A DNA stretch of 64,000 nt from Eledone cirrhosa. Taxonomy: Eukaryota. A program made the translations under genes and the position numbers. Positions 38,441 through 51,724 of this stretch are shown piece by piece. The stretch is taken from NCBI GenBank assembly GCA_964016885.1, contig OZ024742.1:243722001-243786000 (forward strand). Reading direction: 5' to 3'. Each line of letters begins with the position of its first letter. Within the stretch, counting starts at the first letter, position 1. The notes below the pieces were generated by a model. The model ran no database searches. It was not told where the DNA came from and saw only the letters and a program-made list of their open reading frames with translations.

Positions 38441-38481
38441 TATGTATATATATATGTATATATATATGTATATATATATAT

Positions 38482-38703
38482 CTTTTCAATGGCTGACAAT
38501 ACCTTACCGGCGCCAGTCGAATAAGGTAGTTATTTAACCCATAAATGGGGCCCTAACAGGTACTACTATTCCGGGCCAGAGCAGACCTGGGAGTTATGAC
38601 AACTAAGGGGTAACTCCACATTCCCCACAGCTCCTGAACTCCCGAACTGGAGCCTTGCCACTGGATGTAGTTTAATGTCATACCCAGGACATACCCACCC
38701 TAG
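38482..38703 (-). mobile_element. Unclassified SINE-like repeat fragment
   Basis: GC-rich insert in a microsatellite; minus strand starts with hairpin ATGTCC..GACAT followed by TAAAC. Confidence 0.45.
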
Positions 38704-38753
38704 AATATATAATATGTATGTGTGTATATATATATGTATATATGTATATGTAT

Positions 38754-38785
<32 letters not shown>

Positions 38786-38827
38786 ATATGTATATATATA
38801 TGTATGTATGTATATATCTATATATAT

Positions 38828-39242
<415 letters not shown>

Positions 39243-39244
39243 TC

Positions 39245-39278
<34 letters not shown>

Positions 39279-39519
39279 GTATGTATGTGTATGTATGTAT
39301 ATATATATATGTATGTATGTATATATATATGTATGTATATAGATATGTATATATATATATGTATGTAAATGTATATATATGTATATATATATGTGTATGT
39401 AAATATATATATGTATATATATATGTATGTAAATATATATATATATATATATGTATGTAAATATATATATGTATATATATATGTATATATATATGTATGT
39501 ATATATATAAATATATATG

Positions 39520-39553
<34 letters not shown>

Positions 39554-39938
39554 CATATATACATACATATATATATACATACATATATATATATATATAC
39601 ATACATATATATGCATATATATATACATATATATATACATACATATATACATATATATATACATATATACATATATATATATATACACATATATATACAT
39701 ATACACATATATATACATATATATATATACACATATATATATGTAAATATATATATGTATATATATATGTATGTAAATATATATATGTATATATATATAT
39801 GTATATATATATGCATATATATATATACATATATATATATATAAATATATATGTATATATATATATGTGTATATATATATATGTATATATGTGTATATAT
39901 ATATGTATATATATATATATGTGTATATATATATGTGT

Positions 39939-40000
<62 letters not shown>

Positions 40001-40329
40001 GTGTACACATATATATATATACATATATATATATGTATACATACATATATATATATACATATATATATACATATATATATACATATATATATATATACAT
40101 ATATATATTTACATATATATGTGTATATATATATATGTGTATATGTATATATATGTGTATATGTATATATATATGTATATATATGTGTATATGTATATAT
40201 ATGTGTATATATATATATATGTATATATGTATATATATATGTATATATGTATGTATATATATATGCATATATATGTATGTATATATGTATATATATATAT
40301 ATGTATGTATATATATATGCATATATATG

Positions 40330-40360
<31 letters not shown>

Positions 40361-40606
40361 GCATATATATGTATGTATATATATATATGTATGTATATAT
40401 ATATGCATATATATGTGTATATATATGTATGCATATATATGTATGCATATGTATGTATATATATATATATATGTATGCATATGTATGTATATATATGTAT
40501 ATATGTATATATATATATGCATATATATGTATATATATATATATGCATATATATGTATATATATATATATATGCATATGTATGTATATATATGTATATAT
40601 ATATGC

Positions 40607-40638
<32 letters not shown>

Positions 40639-40702
40639 GCATATATATGTATGTATATATATATATATATATGTATGCATATATATGTATGCATATATAT
40701 GC

Positions 40703-40752
<50 letters not shown>

Positions 40753-40992
40753 GTATATATATGTATATGTATGTATATATATGTATGTATATGTATGCAT
40801 ATATATATATATGTATATATATATGATATATGTATATATATGCATGTATATATACATATATGTATGTATATCTATGTATATGTGTATATATATATATATG
40901 TATATGTGTATATATATATATATGTATATATGTATATATATATATGTATATATGTATGTATATATGTATACGTATATATGTATGTATATATG

Positions 40993-41023
<31 letters not shown>

Positions 41024-41057
41024 GTATGTATATGAATGTATATGTATGTATGTATGT

Positions 41058-41090
<33 letters not shown>

Positions 41091-41380
41091 AGTATATATG
41101 TATGTATATATATATGTATGTATATATGTATGTTTATATGTATATATATATATGAATATATATATGTATGTTTATATGTATATATGTATGTATGTTTATA
41201 TGTATATATATCATCATTCATCATCATCATCATATATATATGTATGAATATATATATGTATGTTTATATGTATATATATATGTATGTATATATATATATG
41301 TATATATATATGTATGTCTGTATATATATATATGTATGTTTGTATATATGTATGTATGTATATATATATATGTCTGTCTG

Positions 41381-41417
<37 letters not shown>

Positions 41418-41419
<2 letters not shown>

Positions 41420-41591
41420 GTTATTCCGGGTTGAATCGGAGGTAACCACAGTAAGTAAGGTACTCAATACATTGCAGAGTATAAAACTTTTAATATAGAT
41501 GAGATTCTACAGGAATAGAACTGTTTCATTCTTTAGAAATCATCAGGATGATTTCTAAAGAATGAAACAGTTCTAGTCCTGTAGAATCTCA

Positions 41592-41597
<6 letters not shown>
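41418..41597. mobile_element. Fold-back PLE-like mini-element with HHR half-core
   Basis: 51-bp arms 41494-41544 / 41547-41597 with one mismatch; minus strand CTGATGA-TTTC-TAAA-GAAT-GAAAC begins at the hairpin apex. Confidence 0.7.
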
Positions 41598-41674
<77 letters not shown>

Positions 41675-41991
41675 GTATATATATATGTATGTATATATAT
41701 ATGTATGTATATATATATGTATGTATATATATATGTATGTATATATATATGTATGTATATATATATGTATGTATATATATATGTATGTATATATATATGT
41801 ATGTATATATATATGTATGTATATATATATGTATATGTATGTATGTATATATATGTATGTATGTATATATATATATGTATGTATATGTATGTATGTATAT
41901 ATATATGTATGTATGTATATATATATGTATGTATATATATATGTATGTTTGTATATATATGTATGTATGTATATATATATATGTATGTATG

Positions 41992-42025
<34 letters not shown>

Positions 42026-42067
42026 TATATGTATGTATATATGTATGTATATATATATATATGTATG

Positions 42068-42104
<37 letters not shown>

Positions 42105-42161
42105 GTATGTATATATATATGTATATATGTATGTATATATATATGTATATATATATGTATG

Positions 42162-42226
<65 letters not shown>

Positions 42227-42275
42227 ATATGTATGTATGTATATATATATGTATATCATCATATGTATATATGTT

Positions 42276-42570
42276 ATATCATCTTGGTTAAGAGAGTGGG
42301 ACTGGCTTTGTGCAGTGCCTTTGCTCACTATAAAAGCTTCACGGCACCGGCATTGCTTTATATCTGGAGATCTCTCTGCACTTGTCGTCACATGGTACCA
42401 TGGGCCCAGCACTATGTGTCAATAATTGTCACAAGTTTAGTGTTTGTACCAGAGTTTTCAAGTTACTGGCTGGACTAAAAAGTCACACTCGTTCAGCCCA
42501 TCGTTAGGAGTTCTCCTACATGGATATAAAGTAGTGGCCGTACTCGAAAACGAGTTGGCAGCCACCATAT
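42276..42570 (+). mobile_element. 5'-truncated copy of type 1 retroposon
   Basis: Aligns with 479-770. Confidence 0.85.
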
Positions 42571-42974
42571 ATATATGTATATATGTATGTATATATATAT
42601 ATATGTATATATATATGTATGTACATATATGTATGTATGTATATATATATATTTGTATGTACATATATATACATGTATGTATATGTATGTGTGTATATGT
42701 ATGTATATATATATGTATGTGTATGTATGTATATATATGTATACACATATATATATATGTATGTATATGTATGTACATATATATACATGTATGTATGTAT
42801 GTATGTATGTATGTATTTATGTGTATATATATGTATATATATATATATATATGTATGTCTATATATATTATGTGTGTGTGTGTATATATAAATATATATA
42901 TATATACATATGTGTGTGTGTATATATATATATGAAAAACACAAAATTATGAGGTTGATTGCTTGCAAACGAAT

Positions 42975-43152
42975 CGAATATTGGTAGAGGGTCGGATGCC
43001 ATGCTTTCCAGCATAGTTACGTCCCTTAACGATCTGAGTTCTAATCCTGCTGAGGTTGACTTTGCCTTTCATCCTTACGGGGTCGATAAAATAAAGTACC
43101 AGTAATGCACTGGGTAATTGCTGGCCTTGTGCCAAAAAGTAGAAACAATTAT
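42975..43152 (+). mobile_element. SINE family C
   Basis: Aligns with 62678-62866. Confidence 0.8.
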
Positions 43153-43504
43153 CATTCAAAGTAAAACTCACAAATGCACACCCACACACACACACACACA
43201 CATACATATATATAATCATTTTCTTTTTTTCTCACCCACTTTTCAATGTCATTATAAATAAGATTTTCTTTAAGGCAGTATTTATTGTAAGGTAGATGCC
43301 CTTCCTGGTGCAAAACCATACTTTTTATCATCGTATAAATATGGTAATTATTCTGTAGACCTTCATTGAACTGCTAATTTGCAGGACATTAACAAATGAC
43401 ATTGCTTGCTGAAATAATGTCTGTATGATGATATATATGTAAGACAGACACACACGCATATATATATATACACACACTCACATATTTATATACCATCATT
43501 ATCA

Positions 43505-43536
<32 letters not shown>

Positions 43537-43701
43537 ATGGGCTTCCACACAGTTTCTATCTACCATATTCATTCATAAGGCATTAGTTATCTTGAGGCTA
43601 TAATAGAAGACATTAGCGCAAGGCGCCACACAGGATTGAATTCAAAATAATGCTGTTGTGAAACAAACCTTTGAACCACATAGTCGTGTGTGTGTGTGCA
43701 C

Positions 43702-43746
<45 letters not shown>

Positions 43747-44029
43747 TATATATATATATGCAAAAAGTAAACAAATAACAAAGCAAACGTAGTACAATGA
43801 AGAAATATATTAGTTTAATGCTTGTATAGTAGGAAAAGAATCTTAAGATTTCAGACACTAGTCTTTTACCAGAAGATAGAATCAAAAATAGAAAGAATGA
43901 CAAGAGGAAGGAACAGGAAAAATTGTTTTGAGAAAAACACATGTATTCAGTCAGCCATTTTGGACACACATCTCTCTCTCTCTCTCTCTCTCTCCCCCCT
44001 CTCTCTCCCCCTCTCTCTCTCTCTCTATA

Positions 44030-44508
44030 ACGATTTGATAAATTCCAACCTTACACACTTGCACCTCTCTAAGACAATGTCTTTGGCGCCACACAGTAAT
44101 ACAGAAGACACGCCTTGCCTATGTACAAAACGAAACCTACAGTCAGTAGGCACCTCTTAACCAAATGTATACCCCAACGCACCACCCCTACTCGATCCTC
44201 CCACTCCCACCAACACCACCCTTTCTCTGTAAAGTTGGTACCACAACATCCAGTCCAAATTAATGAGATCGAGATCGTGTAGGTGCCACGACAAAAAAAC
44301 ACTCAGTCCACGCTGTAATGTGGCCGTGTAGGTAACACGGTAAAAAGTTCTCAGTTTACACTGTAAATGTGGTTGGTGTTAGGAAGGGCATCTAGCCGTA
44401 GAAAACCTGCCAGATAGTCCTATACGAATGAGACACTGTCACCTGACCAACCTTGCCTCAAATTGGGACAACTCCCGTCTAACCCATGCTAGCATGGAAG
44501 ACGATGAT
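44030..44508 (+). mobile_element. RTE subfamily 2 3' end
   Basis: Aligns with 19840-20300. Confidence 0.85.
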
Positions 44509-44660
44509 AAGTGTACGTGAATTACTGGTGGTGGTACCAAAACGAACACTCGATGCATAGACAGTGTATGTATTAAGAAAAAGGATGAAGCTTCATTTAT
44601 AAGTATTTAGTCATTTTATTGTGTATCGACCTGTTATGCACGTTCGCAGGGGATTGGCTC

Positions 44661-44744
44661 GCCAGTCTGAAGAGCAGATCGATAACGGGTCCATAACGTC
44701 TATGGTGACCCTGAACCAATCCTCTGTGAAACGTGCGTAGCAGC
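44661..44744 (+). ncRNA. Type I hammerhead ribozyme with intact core and long stem II
   Basis: CTGAAGA 44667-44673; stem II GCAGA/TCTGT with inner GGGTC/GACCC and CATA/TATG; GAAA 44728-44731; stem III ACG/CGT; GUA site; stem I weak. Confidence 0.65.
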
Positions 44745-45110
44745 TAAATGCATGTAAACGAAATTTGTTTTTCTTTATATATATGTATATATATATACAT
44801 AAAAGAAAGAGTTGGGACCTCCGACAGCTGAGCTCTTGCCATTTCAACAGCTAGTCTAACCAGTTTCTAACTGATTCCATCCTGATTTATATATATATAT
44901 ACATATGTTTATGTATTTGTTCTGCAAGATTCAGGGGAGAGAGAGATCTATATAGATGCACACCATAAATATATATGTAACCAAGACCATCAGTTGTCTT
45001 AACTTGTAAATGCATCCATATTAATCCAAAGGTATCCACAAACTCAAGTAAATGTAAACCATACACCTTCATTCAACATCACTTACCAGACCCTGACATA
45101 TATATATATA

Positions 45111-45450
45111 TCATCATCATCATCATCATTTTACGTCCGTTTTTCCCTGCTTGCAAGGGTGGGACGGGAACTGATTCTGACTTGATTTCTACAGCTGGAT
45201 GCCTTTCCTAACACCAACCTCATTTACAGTGAGTGCTGGGTGCTTTTTTACCGTGGCACCTCCACGACCACTTTGCAGTGGGATGATAGGGACCCCAGTC
45301 CTATCATCTCATTTCTACAGCTGAGTAAACTGGAGCAATGTGAAATAAAGTGTCTTGCTCAAGGAAACAACACATCACCCGGTCTGAGAATTGAACTCAC
45401 AACCTTTCGATTGCAAGGCCAATGCTCTAACCACTAAGCCATGTGCCTCC
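45111..45450 (-). mobile_element. SINE family A, full length
   Basis: Aligns with 3244-3576. Confidence 0.92.
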
Positions 45451-45465
45451 ATATATATATATATA

Positions 45466-45641
45466 TCATCATTCATCATCATTTCATTTTACGTCCGCTT
45501 TTCCCTGCTTGCAAGGGTGGGACGGGAACTGATTCTGGCTTGATTTCTACAGCTGGATGCCCTTCCTAACACCAACCTCATTTACAGTGAGTGCTGGGTG
45601 CTTTTTGGCCGTGGCACCTCCACGACCACTTTGTAGTGGAA

Positions 45642-45643
<2 letters not shown>
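45466..45643 (-). mobile_element. SINE family A, 5'-truncated
   Basis: Tail half only. Confidence 0.88.
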
Positions 45644-45686
<43 letters not shown>

Positions 45687-45991
45687 TATATTATATATAT
45701 TATATTATATATATTATATTATATTATATATATTATATTATATATATTATATTATATTATATATATTATATTATATATATTATATTATATTATATATATT
45801 ATATTATATATATTATATTATATTATATATATTATATTATATTATATTATATATATTATATTATATTATATATATATATTATATTATATTATATATATAT
45901 ATTATATTATATATATATTATACTATATTATATTATATATATATATTTATTAAAATAACAGTTATATATATATATATGTGTGTGTGCATAC

Positions 45992-46024
<33 letters not shown>
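45644..46024. repeat. AT-rich minisatellite/microsatellite
   Basis: TATTATATTATATATA-type units. Confidence 0.9.
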
Positions 46025-46372
46025 GGAGGCACATGGCTTAGTGGTTAGCGCATTAGCCTTGCAATTGAAAGGTTGTGAGTTCAATTCTCAGACTGAGTGA
46101 TGTGTTGTTTCCTTGCACAAGACACTTTATTTCTAATTGCTCCAGTTTACTCAGCTGTAGAAATGAGATGATAGGGACTGGGATCCATATCATTCCACTG
46201 CAAAGTGATCGTGGAGGTGCCACGGCACAAAAAAGCACCCAGCACTCACTGTAAATGAGGTTGGTGTTAGGAAGGGCATCCAGCTGTAGAAATCAAGCCA
46301 GAATCAGTTCCTGTTCCACCCTTGCAAGCAGGGAAAAAGCGGACGTAAAATGAAATGATGATGATGAATGAT
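46025..46372 (+). mobile_element. SINE family A, full length
   Basis: GGAGGCACATGGCTTAGTGG head, GAGTTCAATTC B-box and RTE-like tail CCCTTGCAAGCAGGGAAAAAGCGGACGTAAAATG. Confidence 0.92.
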
Positions 46373-46751
46373 ATATATATATATAATCAGTTAATGTACT
46401 CTTTCCATGCTAGTAAGAGTTGGATGGGTCAACACAGACTGTCAGTATTTAAGCAGAGCTACAGGCATCAGATGGGCTGTTGACCTGCATCTCATATGTC
46501 CCCCCACTCTATCACTTATTCCATGTGTGTATGTATCTATGTATATATATAAATCATTTGGTTTGAGGGGAACAATGGAGTAATCTTGCATATGCGTCAT
46601 TTATAGTAGGCTGGAACACCTTGTACAAATCAATGATCAGAGGATCCTAAAACATGCTGTGTGGAGGTGCCCTCAGTACAAACCAAGATTGGTTTAAAAA
46701 CTATAAAATATGCGAAGTCAACTATGAAAGAAATAGGTAAATAATGATGTA

Positions 46752-46955
46752 GATCTTCTTCGCCCACTTATTTCTGGGAGGTTCATGGAGTCCTCAAGCA
46801 GGTTCTATCAGAAGCAACAGACTCCAGTTGATTCGGCTAGATTCCCAGGTGAGACCAACTGAGCAATTGGATATTATTCAACTATCTTGCTTGGGATCTA
46901 CCCCCGGATCTCCTACTGCTTGACTTTTACCTGTAAAATCTGTCCAGCGATTCTT
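46752..46955 (-). pseudogene. Old RTE 3'-end fragment
   Basis: Homologous to 58020-58250. Confidence 0.55.
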
Positions 46956-47043
46956 TCCTGAGATGTTCTAACCACATGTTTGTGATGATACAGATAATTT
47001 TGAAAATAATGTTTCCCATGCAAAAAAATATACAATTTGTGAA

Positions 47044-47092
<49 letters not shown>

Positions 47093-47101
<9 letters not shown>

Positions 47102-47724
47102 GACGTAAAATAAGAAAATTTTAAAAATTAAAAATTAACTTACTTACTAAAATTTTCACTCCAACTAATTAGTTTCTGTAATGGGATAAAGATAGTTACG
47201 CAATGTAACCATCGAGAATTCATTACGTCATCAGGGAGTCTATTCTCAGCTAAGTCTCCAGGCAATGTGCGGACACTAGGGACTCATATAAAAATAATAA
47301 TTCGGTGGATGGAACAGCTAGCGGGGACTGAATTCCATAGCACTGAAAAAGTTCACTGTCTCTGGTCAAATGGCAGATTCTAAAGAATCAATCACGTGAC
47401 ACTGAGGCTAGTCGGAAGGAGTGGGATGGTATAATGACAAAAGCCTACTACCACTACAATGAATTAGTAGTGGATTTGGCAAGTTTGCTCAACAAATAAA
47501 TAATTTGGAGATAAATATAGAGAATTAGTATATTTACCAACATATGCGTACAGATGTACACTAATGCTAGCAAATACATAAGTTATGTCATAGTACCTAG
47601 GTGGTTCAATGCAGGAGGATGCAGAACAATTATATGAAAGACGTAAAATAAGAAAATTTTAAAAATAAAAAATTAACTTACTTACTAAAATTTACTTACT
47701 AAAATTTAATACTAATTCTCTATA
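47093..47724 (-). mobile_element. Retrozyme-like non-autonomous element (538-nt unit plus 63-nt terminal redundancy)
   Basis: Direct repeats 47093-47155 and 47631-47693 (one mismatch), internal HHR, no ORF, inserted between (TA)n and (CT)n. Confidence 0.75.
47158..47239 (-). ncRNA. Type I hammerhead ribozyme, intact core
   Basis: ACTCC-CTGATGA-CGTAATG...CATTACA-GAAA-CTAATTAG-TT-GGAGT: 5-bp stem I, stem II with inner 9-bp GATGGTTAC/GTAACTATC, palindromic stem III, GUU site. Confidence 0.8.
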
Positions 47725-47726
47725 CT

Positions 47727-47814
<88 letters not shown>

Positions 47815-48418
47815 TGATACATATATTGAATACATGTTTAAAATGCCACAGTATTTTTTACATTGAAACATTAATTGAATGACCACTCAATACTGGTGGG
47901 TAGAGTGTAACCCATACTAGCGTGGAAAATAGACTTTAATCGATGATGATGATGATGATATATATGTGTGTGTGTGTCTATGTATAAAAGAAAGTGTGAG
48001 TTTCATTTTTAAATGAAATATTAGATCACTATTCTATTATTTGTATTTTCATTTGCTATCTGAAATAAAAGCATTTTTGTCTCTGCTTGTTTCATTTTGA
48101 AAACTACAAAACTATTTAAGTCATAATCTATGGTTTTTTTGTTGGCATCTCAGAAAACTATAAAATATAGATAATTAGCATCTACTTTAAATATATTCTA
48201 AGGAACTTCAAAATTCTTTACTGAATGATATTAGCTGTTATGTGTTCGTAATATGCTGATAAACATTGTATGCTGCCTGATATTTGCTTAGTTTTTTAAA
48301 TTTTATTTAGGAAACCTAATTGAGTTTTGTCATGTCATGTTGTATACAATTTACATTTATCATTTAACACACCTATATTTGATTTCAAGTTACATACCAA
48401 CAAGGAATATCTTAACAA

Positions 48419-48456
<38 letters not shown>

Positions 48457-48653
48457 GAAGTGTTTACAGTGTGAAGACCACAAATCAAAGTAGTACTCAG
48501 TGCATGATATGTAGAGTGGGTATATTGAAGAAGTAGAATCCTGACAGCGAGCCCAGCAGTTTCAGTTTCATGTGTATTTTTTTCAGTAACTCTTGAAGAA
48601 GCTTGAGAAAATAAGCTAAAATCACAGGGCTAGCTGTTGAAATTCTACCTCTT

Positions 48654-48715
<62 letters not shown>

Positions 48716-50557
48716 GCTAGCGGGGAAAATGGACGTTAAACAATCATGTATATATCACCCTTGCAAGCAGGGAAAAGCGGACGTAAAATGATGATGATGA
48801 TATATATGGGTGATTATATGTATACTGTGTTCCATATTATCTATTTCAAAACTATTACTAAAATGTTTTTGTGACATAATTTATGAATTGTTAGTTAAAT
48901 AATCTAATGGATTCCATAATACAAGAATAGACACATACACACATAAAAGCCATTTAGTTTTAAAAGTTTTTATAATTGCTACTTAGTCTTTGAAATAAAT
49001 ATAAAAACTACATAAAATGATAAACTGGCCACAATTACCCATAAAATGTATCAAATGCTTTTAATGCAAGAGTCTGGGTAAATAGTTTTCTTCTCATCTG
49101 TACTTTTCTCAGGCCATCCTGTAAGTCTAGCTTTATATTAATCATATCAGTGGACAGGGATAAAATCAATAAACAACATAGAAGTAATTGAGTTTAGTGC
49201 TTCCTGCTAGCATTGCGTATTGTATTTATCATACTTGACTGGCTAAAATTGAAGATATTGATAATAAAAGCCTTCAATTACTTAGTTCCCATTTGTATTA
49301 GCTTAACAGAGGCTTCTATATTGAAGAACTGTGATTTTTACTCTGCTGAGCAATGAATACATAATCATGTTGCTTGATTACCAGTAAGAGAGAAGAATTC
49401 GCTGTTTGAACAGTTACTATTTTAATTAGAATTTAATTTAAAGAATATTTTTTTCTTGATTTTGAAGCTGAAGAAATATTTCTTAGTATTTCCTTGAAAA
49501 TGTACCGAAAGCATTTTTAGGTTTCAGTTAATAAACAAAACAAAATAATGATGTTAAAACTGGCCAGAATTCTCTACCTCTTTCTGTTGAAACTGGCTAC
49601 TCAAATTGATGTTACGGTATTGTTCTCAAAATAAATACTTTCAAAATCTCATAGATTCGATATTATGTGAGATATTATGTGAGGTAATGAAAATATAATA
49701 GTATATATAGAATTATGTGAATGCTAAAGGGTTAAATACTTTTACTATAGTTGTGCCTTCAGACTATTGTGAAGTTATTAATCTATTTTCTTAAAGAATT
49801 GATGATATTGTATATGGAGATGAAACATTTTATAGACTTTGTCTTTTTTGTTAAATTTTTTTAGATAAATTTCCTCGCTGAGGAAATTTAATGGAAAAAG
49901 AAAAAGCAATATATACTACAACAAAGGAACTTATGTTTATTTCAACATCATCATCATCATCATCATCATCATGATCATCATCATCACCATCATCCATTTT
50001 CCCTACTAGCAAGGGTTTGACAGGTCTTCATCGACCAAATCAGTACTCAAGCAGGGGTTACTGATTTCTCATGCTTACATATAATCTCAAATTCTTCTGA
50101 GTGCATTTTATTGTGATACTAGCACTAGGGAGATTGTTATGTCTTTGACATGGCTGAAAGGTTTTTTCAACCCTTCGTTTGGCAGGTTTTCTATGGCTGG
50201 ATGCCCTTCATATCACCAACCATTTTACAGATTGTACTGGGTGTTTTTATCGTGTAGATCACTAACACTAGGGAGGTGTTGTTATGTCTTTGACACCACT
50301 GAAGGTTCCTCCATCCCTTTGTGTTTGCCATAAATTTCAGTTAATTAAAAATAGTTACACTCAATCATATATCACACAATTTATTTATTAACCATTTCAT
50401 CATATATTTACTGTGTTAGGATAATATTGATTTTGTTTCATAAATCACAACAAAGAGGTAAACCCATTTGACTTCATATGGGAATATTACTGATAGTTAT
50501 TTTATCAATATCAGTAGGACTTGAACTCAGAAATTCAAGACACTAAACCAGATACTA

Positions 50558-50636
50558 CAGGGTGTCACTCAAAAATGTATACACACTTCAACAGCATTCT
50601 AATAATAAAATGCATACATTTTATTTTAACACCTTG
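50558..50636. mobile_element. 79-bp Tc1/mariner-type MITE
   Basis: TA-CAGGGTGT...AAAATGTAT / ATACATTTT...ACACCTTG-TA. Confidence 0.65.
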
Positions 50637-51546
50637 TATATTAGATGTATCTAGTCTTGCAATTTACCATCTGTGACAATAGCTCAGGACAATATTGATT
50701 TCTTGAATAAGCACATTTCTTCAAATTTTATAGGTAAAGTAGAACCAGTCTGCCTGATGTCTATGCCTTTCTCAAGAGAATTAGTGAAGTGACATGGAAT
50801 GGCTACAACCGAGGATCAAAACTGGGTCATGGTTTCTCCAATTGTTGTCATTCAAATGTCATTTTTTTGGTTACAATTCCTTTTATTAAGGTTTTATCTT
50901 CATCAGGCTAGAGAAGAATCAGTTCATCAAAATATTTATAAAAATTCAAATTTCCAATTTCTTAATGGGATTTAAAAAAACTAAAATGAAGTCTTACAGA
51001 TTTGGAATAGAAAGATTTGAAGCTATATTATTTATGTTTCTCTATATCTGTTATTAATAGGAAATGAAATAAGTACACAGCCATTTACTGTCATATAACT
51101 AGAGAGCCCCAACATGGTTGTTTGACCTGCTAGAAATTGCAGCTATAACTTAGAAAAAACATGCATTGGATAATATAGTCCAAGGTACACGTTGCTTAAG
51201 TGGTCGTTCAGCTTGCTAGAAATAGCAGTCAAACTTTCCTAAAATCCAACCCTACCTACCATCTTAAAAAAAGGATACATTTGATAATGTGGCCTTAGAC
51301 AGGGTAGTTGCAATTGATATATTTTTGCTTATCAGTTTGCTTCATCAGAGCTGACCTGGTGCTAAACAATATGTTGATTATTCAATTTCATTTTGAGTTA
51401 TGAAACTTTAGGCAAGTAAAGTTAAGTTTCTTGTTTAGGGAGACAATAACCACTGCAGCAGGATATTATATACTTCAATGACCAGAACCAGAGGTCCTGT
51501 ACCACTTGCTATATACACGTATACACACACATACATACGCAATAAG

Positions 51547-51583
<37 letters not shown>

Positions 51584-51691
51584 GCACACACCTGTGTTTA
51601 ATTTATTTATAATAATATACTTTAGCTCTGTACATAATATAGAGCGCTCTTTTTCCTTTATCTAGTCTACAGAAATTCTTGATACTATACA

Positions 51692-51724
<33 letters not shown>

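Noticed and set aside
46025-46100. tRNA gene
   Set aside because: Acceptor and anticodon stems do not pair, and the sequence continues into a repeated SINE body
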